The position numbers and the translations under genes were made by a program. Positions 18,629 to 26,598 of a stretch of 64,000 nt of DNA are shown here, piece after piece. Under the pieces are notes generated by a model. The model made no database searches. It saw nothing but the letters and a program-made list of their open reading frames with translations, and had not been told where the DNA came from. Origin of the DNA: Candidatus Wolfebacteria bacterium (GTDB lineage: Bacteria; Patescibacteriota; Minisyncoccia; UBA6257; UBA9933); NCBI GenBank assembly GCA_024654025.1, contig JANLIR010000005.1, forward strand, positions 1,174 to 65,173. The letters are read 5' to 3'. The first letter of the stretch is position 1; each line of letters opens with the position of its first letter.

Positions 18629-19723
18629 TTGCGCGTTGATTTTAATATAGAAGAAGGCGAAATAATTAATAAAAACCCGCGATTTTTGAACGCCGTCAAT
18701 ACGATAAAGTTTTTAAATAATCATGGCGCAAAGGTGGTTGTTTTGAGCCACCGAGGAAGGCCGAAGATAACTACAAACTACAAACTACAAACTACAAACT
18801 ATTCATTAAAATCATTTGCAAAAGCACTTTCTAATACGTTAAAAAAACCAGTTCATTTTGCAGGGTTAAACGATAAAAATTTTAGAGAAAAAATCAGAAA
18901 TTCTAAATCAGAAAGCGTTTTTTTACTGGAAAATTTAAGATTTTTCCCGGGTGAGGATAAAAACGATAAAAACTTCGCTAAAAAAATAGCTACACTCGGC
19001 GATTTTTACGTAAACGACGCGTTCGCGTTCAGTCACAGAAAAACAGCTTCAATGGCGGCAATAACCGATTTTTTGCCGTCTTATGCCGGACCGAATCTGG
19101 AAAAAGAAATTAAAAATTTAAGTTCAGTTTTAAAAAACTACAAAAAACCATTAATTGTTATTTTAGGTGGTGTAAAAATTTCTACAAAACTCGGATTGAT
19201 AAAAAACTTTTTCAGTAAAGCGGATTATTTTTTGATTGGTAGCGCCATGGCCGACAATTTTTTGGTTGCCCAAGGGCTTCCGATAGGCGATTCTGTTTAC
19301 GAAAAAGAAATGGTTCCTTTCGCCAAAAAACTTCTAAAACAAGCAAAAATTGTTTTACCAACAGATTTAGTAATTAACAATCGTAAAATTTTGGATATTG
19401 GCAAAAAAACCGAAAAACATTTCGCGGATATTATTAAATATGCGAAAACTATTATTTGGAACGGGCCAGTAGGGCGATTTGAAATCCCTAAGTTTGCCAA
19501 AGGAACACAGACAATAATTGAAGCGATTCTAAAAAACAAAAACGCTAAGGTCGTTATTGGAGGAGGGGAGACGATAGCGGCAATTTCTAAATACCAGTCA
19601 GTGATTTCTAAAAATAAAAATATATTCGTTTCCACCGGAGGAGGGGCGATGTTGGAATATTTATCCGCTAAAAAACTTCCAGGTCTAATAGCTCTACACA
19701 ATACCAATAATACTAACCGATGA
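18629..19723 (+). CDS. pgk: phosphoglycerate kinase (TTG start)
   Basis: RVDFN at the N-terminus, VVVLSHRGRPK, and a C-terminal GGGA/GGG nucleotide-binding region. The gene contains an in-frame (CTACAAA)x4 repeat. Confidence 0.85.
   Translation: MRVDFNIEEGEIINKNPRFLNAVNTIKFLNNHGAKVVVLSHRGRPKITTNYKLQTTNYSLKSFAKALSNTLKKPVHFAGLNDKNFREKIRNSKSESVFLLENLRFFPGEDKNDKNFAKKIATLGDFYVNDAFAFSHRKTASMAAITDFLPSYAGPNLEKEIKNLSSVLKNYKKPLIVILGGVKISTKLGLIKNFFSKADYFLIGSAMADNFLVAQGLPIGDSVYEKEMVPFAKKLLKQAKIVLPTDLVINNRKILDIGKKTEKHFADIIKYAKTIIWNGPVGRFEIPKFAKGTQTIIEAILKNKNAKVVIGGGETIAAISKYQSVISKNKNIFVSTGGGAMLEYLSAKKLPGLIALHNTNNTNR
18771..18798 (+). repeat. (CTACAAA)x4 perfect heptanucleotide tandem repeat inside pgk (encodes TTNYKLQTTNY)
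   Basis: Direct reading of the sequence. Confidence 0.9.
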
Positions 19724-19815
19724 TGCTAATTGATACAAATTTTAAAAAATGAATTCCTTAGTGTTATGCTTTAGCATAACACTAAGGTTCTGCCAAACAA
19801 AAAGCCAAACTATTT

Positions 19816-20655
19816 ATGAAAAATATTGTTGTTATTTATCACAATGACGAAGACGGCTTTGCCGGCGCTTGGGTAGCGTGGAAAAAATTTAAAAATAAAG
19901 CAAAATATATAGCCGCCGGCTATTCAAATCCTCCAAAAAATAATTTCAAAAATAAAGAGATTTATTTAATAGATTTCTGTTTTAATAGCGCGGAATCGAT
20001 GAAAAAATTATTAAAAAACAATAAAAAGGTAATAGTTGTAGATCATCATATATCAGCAAAAAAACTGGTGGAAATTTCAACCGAAAATCGCTTTGATATT
20101 AATCACTCCGGCTGTGTCTTGGCTTGGAAATATTTTTTTCCTAAAAAATCCGTTCCAAAATTGCTGCAGCACATCGAAGATATGGATTTATGGAAATTTA
20201 AAAAGAAAAATACTCGAGAAATCATTGCGTCTTTGGATACATATGAATTTAAATTTTCAATATGGAATAAGGTCGTAAAGGCTTTGGAAAATCATTCCTC
20301 TACAAAGAAATATATTGATGAAGGCAGGGCGATAGTAAAATATCAAGATACTTTAATTAAGAAGCTCGCTGATGGGGGAATAGAGGTTAAACTAGATAAA
20401 AAAAGGGCTGTATCGGTTAATTCCCCAATTTTAATTTCAGAAATCGGAAATTATATATATTCAAAAAAAGGAAAAATTGGTTTGGTCTGGTCATCAGAAA
20501 ATGGCAAAGTCAGAGTATCGCTAAGGTCGCAAAAAGGAGTAGACGTGTCAAAAATCGCAAAAAATTATGGTGGGGGAGGCCATAAACAAGCAAGCGGATT
20601 TTCGTTTGATTATGAATTTAATTTTCCTTGGAAACCAGTAAAAAAATATGGATAA
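19816..20655 (+). CDS. DHH/DHHA1 phosphoesterase (NrnA-like)
   Basis: DHH motifs (HNDEDGFAG and VDHH) and the DHHA1 motif GGGHKQASGF. Confidence 0.7.
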   Translation: MKNIVVIYHNDEDGFAGAWVAWKKFKNKAKYIAAGYSNPPKNNFKNKEIYLIDFCFNSAESMKKLLKNNKKVIVVDHHISAKKLVEISTENRFDINHSGCVLAWKYFFPKKSVPKLLQHIEDMDLWKFKKKNTREIIASLDTYEFKFSIWNKVVKALENHSSTKKYIDEGRAIVKYQDTLIKKLADGGIEVKLDKKRAVSVNSPILISEIGNYIYSKKGKIGLVWSSENGKVRVSLRSQKGVDVSKIAKNYGGGGHKQASGFSFDYEFNFPWKPVKKYG

Positions 20656-21067
20656 AATTACAATTTATTGCGACGGAGGAAGCAGGGGAAACCCTGGCCC
20701 GGCGGCGCTGGGCGTATATATTCCCGATTTTAAAAAAGAATATTCCCAATATTTAGGCAAAACCACTAATAACGACGCCGAATACCAGGCGATAATCTTC
20801 GCTCTCAAAAAAATAAAACAACTCGTAGGTAAAGCAAAAACCAAAAAAACAGAGGTTGAAATAAAAGCCGATAGCGAACTTATCGTGAACCAATTAAACG
20901 GCGAATATAAAATAAAGGAAAAAAGTTTAATTCCGTTTTTTATCGAAATTTGGAATTTGAAACAAGATTTTAAAAAGATAAATTTTAAGCACATTCCTCG
21001 CGAGCAAAATACTCGCGCCGATTTTTTAGTAAACAAGGAACTCAACTCTCAAAACTCATTATTTTAA
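20648..21067 (+). CDS. rnhA: ribonuclease HI
   Basis: DGGSRGNPGPAA and TNNDAEYQA motifs. Confidence 0.85.
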   Translation: MDKITIYCDGGSRGNPGPAALGVYIPDFKKEYSQYLGKTTNNDAEYQAIIFALKKIKQLVGKAKTKKTEVEIKADSELIVNQLNGEYKIKEKSLIPFFIEIWNLKQDFKKINFKHIPREQNTRADFLVNKELNSQNSLF

Positions 21068-21082
21068 AGATTTTTAATTTAC

Positions 21083-21114
21083 TACAATAGCCAGCGATCG
21101 CTGGCTATTGTAGT
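21083..21114. terminator. perfect 16-bp palindrome downstream of rnhA
   Basis: ctacaatagccagcga / tcgctggctattgtag. Confidence 0.4.
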
Positions 21115-21118
21115 AAAA

Positions 21119-21127
21119 TGTGGATAA
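21119..21127. promoter_or_regulatory. perfect DnaA box (TGTGGATAA)
   Basis: Exact 9-mer. A second identical box lies at 49277-49285 with the same extended TGTGGATAACT context. Confidence 0.35.
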
Positions 21128-21161
21128 CTCGATAACTTATAAATGAAATGATTTAGGCGAT

Positions 21162-21197
21162 AAAAAAACACCGCTCCGACGAAAAGTCGGGGCGGTG
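21162..21197 (-). terminator. intrinsic terminator downstream of rnpB
   Basis: Hairpin CACCGCCCCGAC-UUUUC-GUCGGAGCGGUG followed by U7 on the minus strand. Confidence 0.5.
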
Positions 21198-21662
21198 TGG
21201 CTGGCAAGTGGTAAGCCGGATTCTGTTTCTAAACGATAATTTATCTGGTCCCTCGATTACTCTCAGGATCTAGCCCTTCGATAAACTTAGGGCAATAGCG
21301 GCACTCCCCGCTAAAAGCGGGACACGACCTTGCACCCAGTAAGGATTTAGCCGTTTCATTTCTGTCTTTTTATCCTTATGACAGAACTAAGCCTTCTACG
21401 TTAGGATTGGGCTTTCCTTCAGCTTTCGCATCAGGACGTTTCTGTTCGCACCTCTCGCATTTCCTTCGACGGGTCATTCGACTCTGAGAGTCTCAGACTC
21501 GATGAGCTCAGGATAACCCTGAGTAAAGCCGAAGGGTTTCTGCGGCAGGCTGTTAGCCTGTACAATTTTTGATCCGCCTTTGAGCGGAAAAGGGTGTCCG
21601 GACTTTCCTCTCCAACTCTTAAGTTAGAGTAACCGTTCCCTTACCAGCTTTGGCAATTATAC
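21190..21662 (-). ncRNA. rnpB: RNase P RNA (bacterial type)
   Basis: Read on the minus strand, the P4 halves are GGAGAGGAAAGTCCGGAC near the 5' end and ACAGAATCCGGCTTACC near the 3' end. A P1 helix AAGCTGG/CCAGCC closes the molecule. The region is GC-rich, has no ORF, and is followed by a hairpin and U-run. Confidence 0.75.
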
Positions 21663-21681
21663 CACCAAAATTTTATTCGGT

Positions 21682-21812
21682 CAACCCCGCACCTTTAATG
21701 AATGGCGAAGCTTTGAAATTCTATAGATTTAAATTTTTATTATTAAATAACTATGTTTTATGCTTAGTTCGGCGGCTTCGGAAAGAATTTAAATTCATTA
21801 AAGGTGCGGGGT
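21682..21812. repeat. 24-bp perfect inverted repeat flanking an ~85-bp AT-rich spacer
   Basis: gtcaaccccgcacctttaatgaat ... attcattaaaggtgcggggttgac. It lies between the rnpB 5' end and the stop of the 146-aa gene. Confidence 0.5.
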
Positions 21813-22238
21813 CAACTTATTTTTTTTGACCATAATACTGTGGATTTCTTGAGTCAATTCATTATTGATTTTTATTAATCTATGAATTTCGTCCTGAATC
21901 TTTAAAAGCGCTTCAGCGTCTTGATATGTTTGAAGCGCCTGCTTATCAGCGGCTTGCGCGGCTACTTTTTGGCCAACCATAATAACTGAAAGAAGAACTA
22001 GTTGTAAAAATGTTTGAGCAATCCATGATATAAGAGTTGGCGTTCCTCCTAAAATAGCAGCCGGAAGGCTTATAAGCGCTATGATAGCAAAAAGGTATGC
22101 GCACCACATTGTACCAACTGCGCCGGTTATTAACACTGCTAAACGGCCATTAAATCCAGCATGCTCATGCTTTGTCAAATGAGGACCGGATTTTGTCCGT
22201 TCTTCAATTCGAGGATTTGGAATGTGTATTATTTTCAT
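21798..22238 (-). CDS. DUF1003-like small membrane protein
   Basis: Two transmembrane helices after a TKSGPHLT...GFNGRLAV N-terminal segment. Confidence 0.4.
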   Translation of the reverse strand: MKIIHIPNPRIEERTKSGPHLTKHEHAGFNGRLAVLITGAVGTMWCAYLFAIIALISLPAAILGGTPTLISWIAQTFLQLVLLSVIMVGQKVAAQAADKQALQTYQDAEALLKIQDEIHRLIKINNELTQEIHSIMVKKNKLTPHL

Positions 22239-22263
22239 ATTACGATACCTTTATTCTTTAAAA

Positions 22264-23238
22264 TTATACCATAAATTTATTAATTTTATCCATAAGAATA
22301 AGCCACGTTTTAGCCGACATCAAATCAGATCTTATTTCTTTGGATCCTTTAAATCCGGAAATATAGCCCTTTAGGTATTTTTTTACCATATTGATACTCC
22401 GCGTCTTGCCGTAACATTTATTGAATAATTGTACGTGAAATTTTAATAATTCCAGCCTTTCCTCTAAAGAAATAGTTGCGAAATCTTTACTTTCGTTGAA
22501 AAACCACGGATTGGACAAAACCGCCCTCCCAATCATCACGCCGTCAACTCCGTAAGTTTTCGCTTTTTCATAAGCGTCTTTTGAATCGTTTATATCTCCG
22601 TTTCCCAAAATTAAAGTTTTGCTTTTATGATCATTATTATATTTCTTGGCGATTTTGACCCCTTCGCCGATCGCGTCCCAACCCGCCGGAACTTTTGACA
22701 TTTCTTTTTTTGTCCGGCCGTGGATTGTTATTGTCGCAGGTTCAGCTTTTAAAAGATAGAGTATCCATTTTTTAATAATATTTTTATCATAACCAATTCT
22801 GGTTTTAACTGATACCGGAATTTTACCGGCGCCTTTTTTCGTAGCCTCAATAATCTTTTGCGCTAAAAGGGGATTAAGAATAAGCTCTGCGCCGGCTCCG
22901 GCTTTAACTACTTTTTTATCCGGACAACCCATATTTATATCAATACCGTCAAAGCCCAGCTTAGAAATAATTTTTGCCGATTCGTAAAATTTTTCCGGAT
23001 CAGTGCCCCAGATTTGAGCCACAATCGGCCGTTCTTTTTGGGAAAATTTCAAATATCGGCGTATTAATTTTTCTCTCGATTCTTTATGGGTAAGTCCGTC
23101 AACCGAAACAAATTCCGTAAACATAACGTCAGGTTTTCCGCATTTGCAGACCACTTGCCTAAAAACGGTATCCGTTACGTCCAGCATGGGCGCCATAACT
23201 AAAATCGGCTTTCTTATTTTTTCCCAAAAATTATTCAT
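22264..23238 (-). CDS. dus: tRNA-dihydrouridine synthase
   Basis: MAPMLDVTD, IDINMGCP and VSVKTRIG motifs of the Dus TIM barrel. Confidence 0.85.
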   Translation of the reverse strand: MNNFWEKIRKPILVMAPMLDVTDTVFRQVVCKCGKPDVMFTEFVSVDGLTHKESREKLIRRYLKFSQKERPIVAQIWGTDPEKFYESAKIISKLGFDGIDINMGCPDKKVVKAGAGAELILNPLLAQKIIEATKKGAGKIPVSVKTRIGYDKNIIKKWILYLLKAEPATITIHGRTKKEMSKVPAGWDAIGEGVKIAKKYNNDHKSKTLILGNGDINDSKDAYEKAKTYGVDGVMIGRAVLSNPWFFNESKDFATISLEERLELLKFHVQLFNKCYGKTRSINMVKKYLKGYISGFKGSKEIRSDLMSAKTWLILMDKINKFMV

Positions 23239-23316
23239 ATTTAAAAAGTAAGCTAATTTTTAAAATTAGCGATTTTTTGGAGTTTTGTCCATCAAATAAA
23301 ACTAAACACGGTTTTT

Positions 23317-23712
23317 TTATATTATAATTTCCTTTATTTTCTTTCCAATTTCTTTTGGATCCGAATAAAAAATAATTGAAGCGGCAATTCCTTTAAGCGT
23401 GGTGGAAATTTCCGATCCGGATACCGCGATAACATAAATCGGCTTGTTTTTTGCGTACGCATATCCGGCCTCTATTCCTAATCCCGTTCCTTTTTCGGAA
23501 AATTCTAAAATTAAAATATCGCAATCATCTATTTGTTTGAAAGATAATCGCATAAGCTCTTTGGGAGAATATGTTTTATTACCCCAATCTTCAAAATCTC
23601 TAGCCATTATTACGGTCTCTATTCCGTTTTCTTTTAAAGACTCTGAGATATCTTCGATTAATTTTCTGTTTCTGCCGTCAGAATAAAATTTATGCGCTAA
23701 ATAAGCTTTCAT
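23317..23712 (-). CDS. nucleoside 2-deoxyribosyltransferase-like protein
   Basis: Small Rossmann-like protein with the GLGIEAGYAYAKNKPIYVI segment typical of the PF05014 family. Confidence 0.55.
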   Translation of the reverse strand: MKAYLAHKFYSDGRNRKLIEDISESLKENGIETVIMARDFEDWGNKTYSPKELMRLSFKQIDDCDILILEFSEKGTGLGIEAGYAYAKNKPIYVIAVSGSEISTTLKGIAASIIFYSDPKEIGKKIKEIII

Positions 23713-23719
23713 AAAAAAT

Positions 23720-25501
23720 TTATTTTGCTTTTGACTTGTCGGACTTCGTTAAAAACTGTTTTCTTAACCGAACGCTTTTCGGGGTGATTTCCAGATATTC
23801 GTCTTCGGCCATAACCTCAAGCCCGCGCTCAATAGTAAGCTCAAAAGGAGGCGTAAGAACTATCGCTTCATCGGAACCGGACGCCCGCATGTTAGATAAT
23901 TGTTTTCCTTTTGTCGGATTTACGTCCATATTAATTCCTTTTGATGTGTTGCCGATAACCATACCAACATAAACGTTTATCCCTGGATTAATATAAAGCA
24001 TGCCGCGTTCTTGAAGCCCCCACAGCGAATATCCTAAAACTTTTCCGTTTGCCATAGAAACCATTGATCCCAAAGTCCTTCTGCGAATTTCTCCGGCGTA
24101 TGGTTTGAATCCCAAAACGCGCGAAGACATAATTCCTTCTCCTTTTGTATCCACCACAAATTGATTTCTATATCCCAAAAGTCCGCGTGTCGGGCCTTCA
24201 AACGTTAATCTCATAATATCAGCGTGCTGAAAAATATTTTTTAGCACAAACGCGCGCGTGCCCAAACGCTCGATAATCGTGCCTTGAAATCTTTCAGGAG
24301 CGTCGATAATAACCTCTTCAAACGGCTCGAGTTTCACGCCGTTTTCTTCTTTGGTAATTACACGCGGTTGAGAGACTTGAACTTCGTATCCGGCGCGCCG
24401 CATATTTTCCAATAAGATCGCGATATGGAGTTCTCCGCGTCCGTAAACCTGAAATATATCCGCCGTGGAAAATTCCACGCGTAAACCGACATTTACTTCA
24501 AGTTCGCGCTTCAAATATTCTCTAATCTCGCGAGAGGTTATATGTTTTCCTTCCCGGCCCATAAAAGGGGAGTTGTTAACCAAAAAATTGAGCGTGATGG
24601 TCGGTTCGTCAATCGCGATAGCCGGAAGCGGCTCTGCGTTTGCGTCGTTTGTTATAGTTTCGCCGATGTCGATATCGGGAATTCCGGCAATAAGCGCGAT
24701 ATCGCCCGCCTCTGCCTCTGTTGAATCTATCCGCTCCAAACCGTCAAAAGTAAAAATCTTCGTGAGTTTTCCGGAACGAATTTCGCCATCAGGTTTTTTA
24801 ATAAATATATTTTCACCCAATTTAAGAACGCCTTCGTACACGCGTCCTACAGCCATGCGTCCTATAAAATTGTCGTAGGCGAGATTGAACGGCTGAAACC
24901 TAAGCGGTTTTTCTTTAAGCGCGCCAGACGAAGCGCAAGGAACGTGAGAAAGAATAGTTTCTAAAAGCGGCGTGAGATCTTTTGATTCATCGGTTAATTT
25001 AAGTTTCGCGATTCCTTCGCGGCCGATTGCGTATACGATTGGAAAATCTTCTTGTTCTTTATTCGCTCCAAGTTCTATAAAAAGCTCAAGGACTTGTTCT
25101 TCGGCGTGCCCGGGGTCTGCCGCTGATTTGTCTATTTTATTTATTACGACAATCGGCTTTAATCCAAGTTCCAAAGATTTTTTTAAAACGAACCGAGTTT
25201 GCGGCATCGGGCCTTCTTGAGCGTCCACAACAAGAAGCACCGAATCAATTGAACGCAAGACACGTTCGACTTCTGAACCGAAATCGGCATGGCCGGGAGT
25301 GTCAACAATATTTATTTTTGTGCCTTTATACATAATCGCCGCGTTTTTTGAATAAATAGTAATTCCGCGTTCAAGTTCAAGAACGTTCGAATCCATCGAA
25401 ACCCCTTCTTTAAAAGCGCCTGTCTGACGCAACAGGGCATCGGTCAAAGTTGTTTTGCCGTGGTCAACGTGAGCGATGATTGCAATATTTCGTATTTCCA
25501 T
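23720..25501 (-). CDS. typA: translational GTPase TypA/BipA
   Basis: AIIAHVDHGKTTL, DTPGHADF and NKIDK motifs; EF-G-like domain order. Confidence 0.9.
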   Translation of the reverse strand: MEIRNIAIIAHVDHGKTTLTDALLRQTGAFKEGVSMDSNVLELERGITIYSKNAAIMYKGTKINIVDTPGHADFGSEVERVLRSIDSVLLVVDAQEGPMPQTRFVLKKSLELGLKPIVVINKIDKSAADPGHAEEQVLELFIELGANKEQEDFPIVYAIGREGIAKLKLTDESKDLTPLLETILSHVPCASSGALKEKPLRFQPFNLAYDNFIGRMAVGRVYEGVLKLGENIFIKKPDGEIRSGKLTKIFTFDGLERIDSTEAEAGDIALIAGIPDIDIGETITNDANAEPLPAIAIDEPTITLNFLVNNSPFMGREGKHITSREIREYLKRELEVNVGLRVEFSTADIFQVYGRGELHIAILLENMRRAGYEVQVSQPRVITKEENGVKLEPFEEVIIDAPERFQGTIIERLGTRAFVLKNIFQHADIMRLTFEGPTRGLLGYRNQFVVDTKGEGIMSSRVLGFKPYAGEIRRRTLGSMVSMANGKVLGYSLWGLQERGMLYINPGINVYVGMVIGNTSKGINMDVNPTKGKQLSNMRASGSDEAIVLTPPFELTIERGLEVMAEDEYLEITPKSVRLRKQFLTKSDKSKAK

Positions 25502-25754
25502 AAAAAATAGGCCTCCAGGCCGATAAAAAATAATTATAATACAACTTCAAAATTTAATCAAGGCTTATTTCTGCCTTATTTCCTCTGCGAGAAAATAAAG
25601 TAAGAGGTAAGAAAAGAGAATGCGATTAATCTTATCCGCAGATTAGTTAAACAATATATCTAATGAAATTGGCTCTGACATATTTTATAATATTTCGCTA
25701 CCGGGCTAGGCATTCCTACATTTTTAACGCAGAACCTTACGATTCCGCCCTGAG

Positions 25755-25825
25755 CTGCGGGGCTAGGACTCGAACCTAGATGACATGATTCAGAGTCATG
25801 TATCCTACCGTTAGATGACCCCGCA
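25755..25825 (-). tRNA. tRNA-Gln(CTG)
   Basis: On the minus strand: TGCGGGG-TC-ATCT-AACGGTA-GGAT-A-CATGA-CTCTGAA-TCATG-TCAT-CTAGG-TTCGAGT-CCTAG-CCCCGCA-G. U1:A72, anticodon CUG and U33 are all present. Confidence 0.8.
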
Positions 25826-25871
25826 GCTCAGGAAAGAATTCCATCAAGCCATTTTCTGCCTTGTCCTGATT

Positions 25872-26066
25872 TTAAAAACTTTCCCGTTTTATTGCTTCAG
25901 ATCGCGTAGCGTATTGTTCTTTATAAATAAGCATCCAAGGCTTTCTTCCGCTAGTATACCTGCATTTGCCTTTATTATGTTCGTCTACTCTTTTTACCAC
26001 ATTATCTGTTGAGCCAATATATCTATTATTATGACTTGAGCTTAAAATAACATAAACATAAAACAT
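25872..26066 (-). CDS. GIY-YIG nuclease-domain protein (YhbQ/UPF0213-like), possibly C-terminally short
   Basis: YVYVILSS..RYIGSTDNVVKRVDEHNKGK...SGRKPWMLIYKEQYATRSEAIKRE aligns across the GIY-YIG core. Confidence 0.6.
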   Translation of the reverse strand: MFYVYVILSSSHNNRYIGSTDNVVKRVDEHNKGKCRYTSGRKPWMLIYKEQYATRSEAIKRESF

Positions 26067-26084
26067 ATTAGAGCAGGGATTCTC

Positions 26085-26175
26085 CGCCGGAGGCCTCGCC
26101 TGAGGCGAGTGCGCCTTTGGCGCAGAACCTAGATGACATGATTCTTAGCCGGAGGCTAATGCGCCTTTGGCGCAA
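26085..26175. repeat. run of five GC-rich tri-loop hairpins (6-bp stems) including two copies of GCGCCTTTGGCGCA
   Basis: On the + strand: CTCCG-c-CGGAG, CTCGCC-tga-GGCGAG, TGCGCC-ttt-GGCGCA, TTAGCC-gga-GGCTAA and GCGCC-ttt-GGCGC. A 21-bp copy of the internal segment of tRNA-Gln sits among them. Confidence 0.5.
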
Positions 26176-26208
26176 GAGTCCATAGTGCTACCATTACACT
26201 ACCCGGCA
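26173..26208 (-). pseudogene. tRNA-like 5' half (acceptor, D-arm and anticodon region, homologous to the tRNA-Gln 5' half) with no adjacent 3' half
   Basis: Minus-strand TGCCGGGTAGTGTAATGGTAGCACTATGGACTCTTG aligns with the intact tRNA-Gln 5' half TGCGGGGTCATCTAACGGTAGGATACATGACTCTGAA. A plausible acceptor 3' strand CCCGGTA lies about 480 bp away at 25699-25705. Confidence 0.4.
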
Positions 26209-26265
26209 ATACGAATATTCTACTGAAAATTCAATTATTTTCAACCCTGCTTAGTACAATTGGAG

Positions 26266-26295
26266 TTATCCACAAAATTTTGGGTTTTATCCACA
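26266..26295. promoter_or_regulatory. two perfect DnaA boxes (TTATCCACA) 21 bp apart, followed by an AT-rich tract
   Basis: TTATCCACA at 26266-26274 and at 26287-26295. Confidence 0.45.
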
Positions 26296-26598
26296 AGTTG
26301 CCCACTTTTTTTATTGAAACAGCAACTAATAGCCATATAATAAAAAGGTAATATAAAACATTATATGCCACCAAATAAAACGAAGGCGCTAACGTCGAAA
26401 TTGAGTAGAGGTTCTGTTTTTTTTCTGGCAATAATAAAATCGGTATTTTTTTACGGGAGCCCATTTTGCGGGCTTTTTTGTTTCTCTAAAAATAAAATAG
26501 CGAAAAGATTTTTTAATTAAAGGTCGGGAAAAATCAATAAAATTAAAAAGGTCGAAAGATACAAAATAAAAGGTTGAAATAAATTAAACAATAAAACA

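Noticed and set aside
19757-19786. 14-bp perfect hairpin after pgk as a confident terminator
   Set aside because: No adjacent U-run is present on the plus strand. It may still act as an AT-genome terminator or an RNA-stability element, so it is noted only at low confidence and not listed as a feature.
26085-26215. Calling the hairpin and tRNA-fragment region a complete intron-containing tRNA
   Set aside because: No contiguous 3' anticodon-stem partner (TCCAT) or adjacent acceptor 3' strand could be found. Only dispersed fragments are present, so it is reported as a pseudo or split arrangement rather than a functional tRNA.
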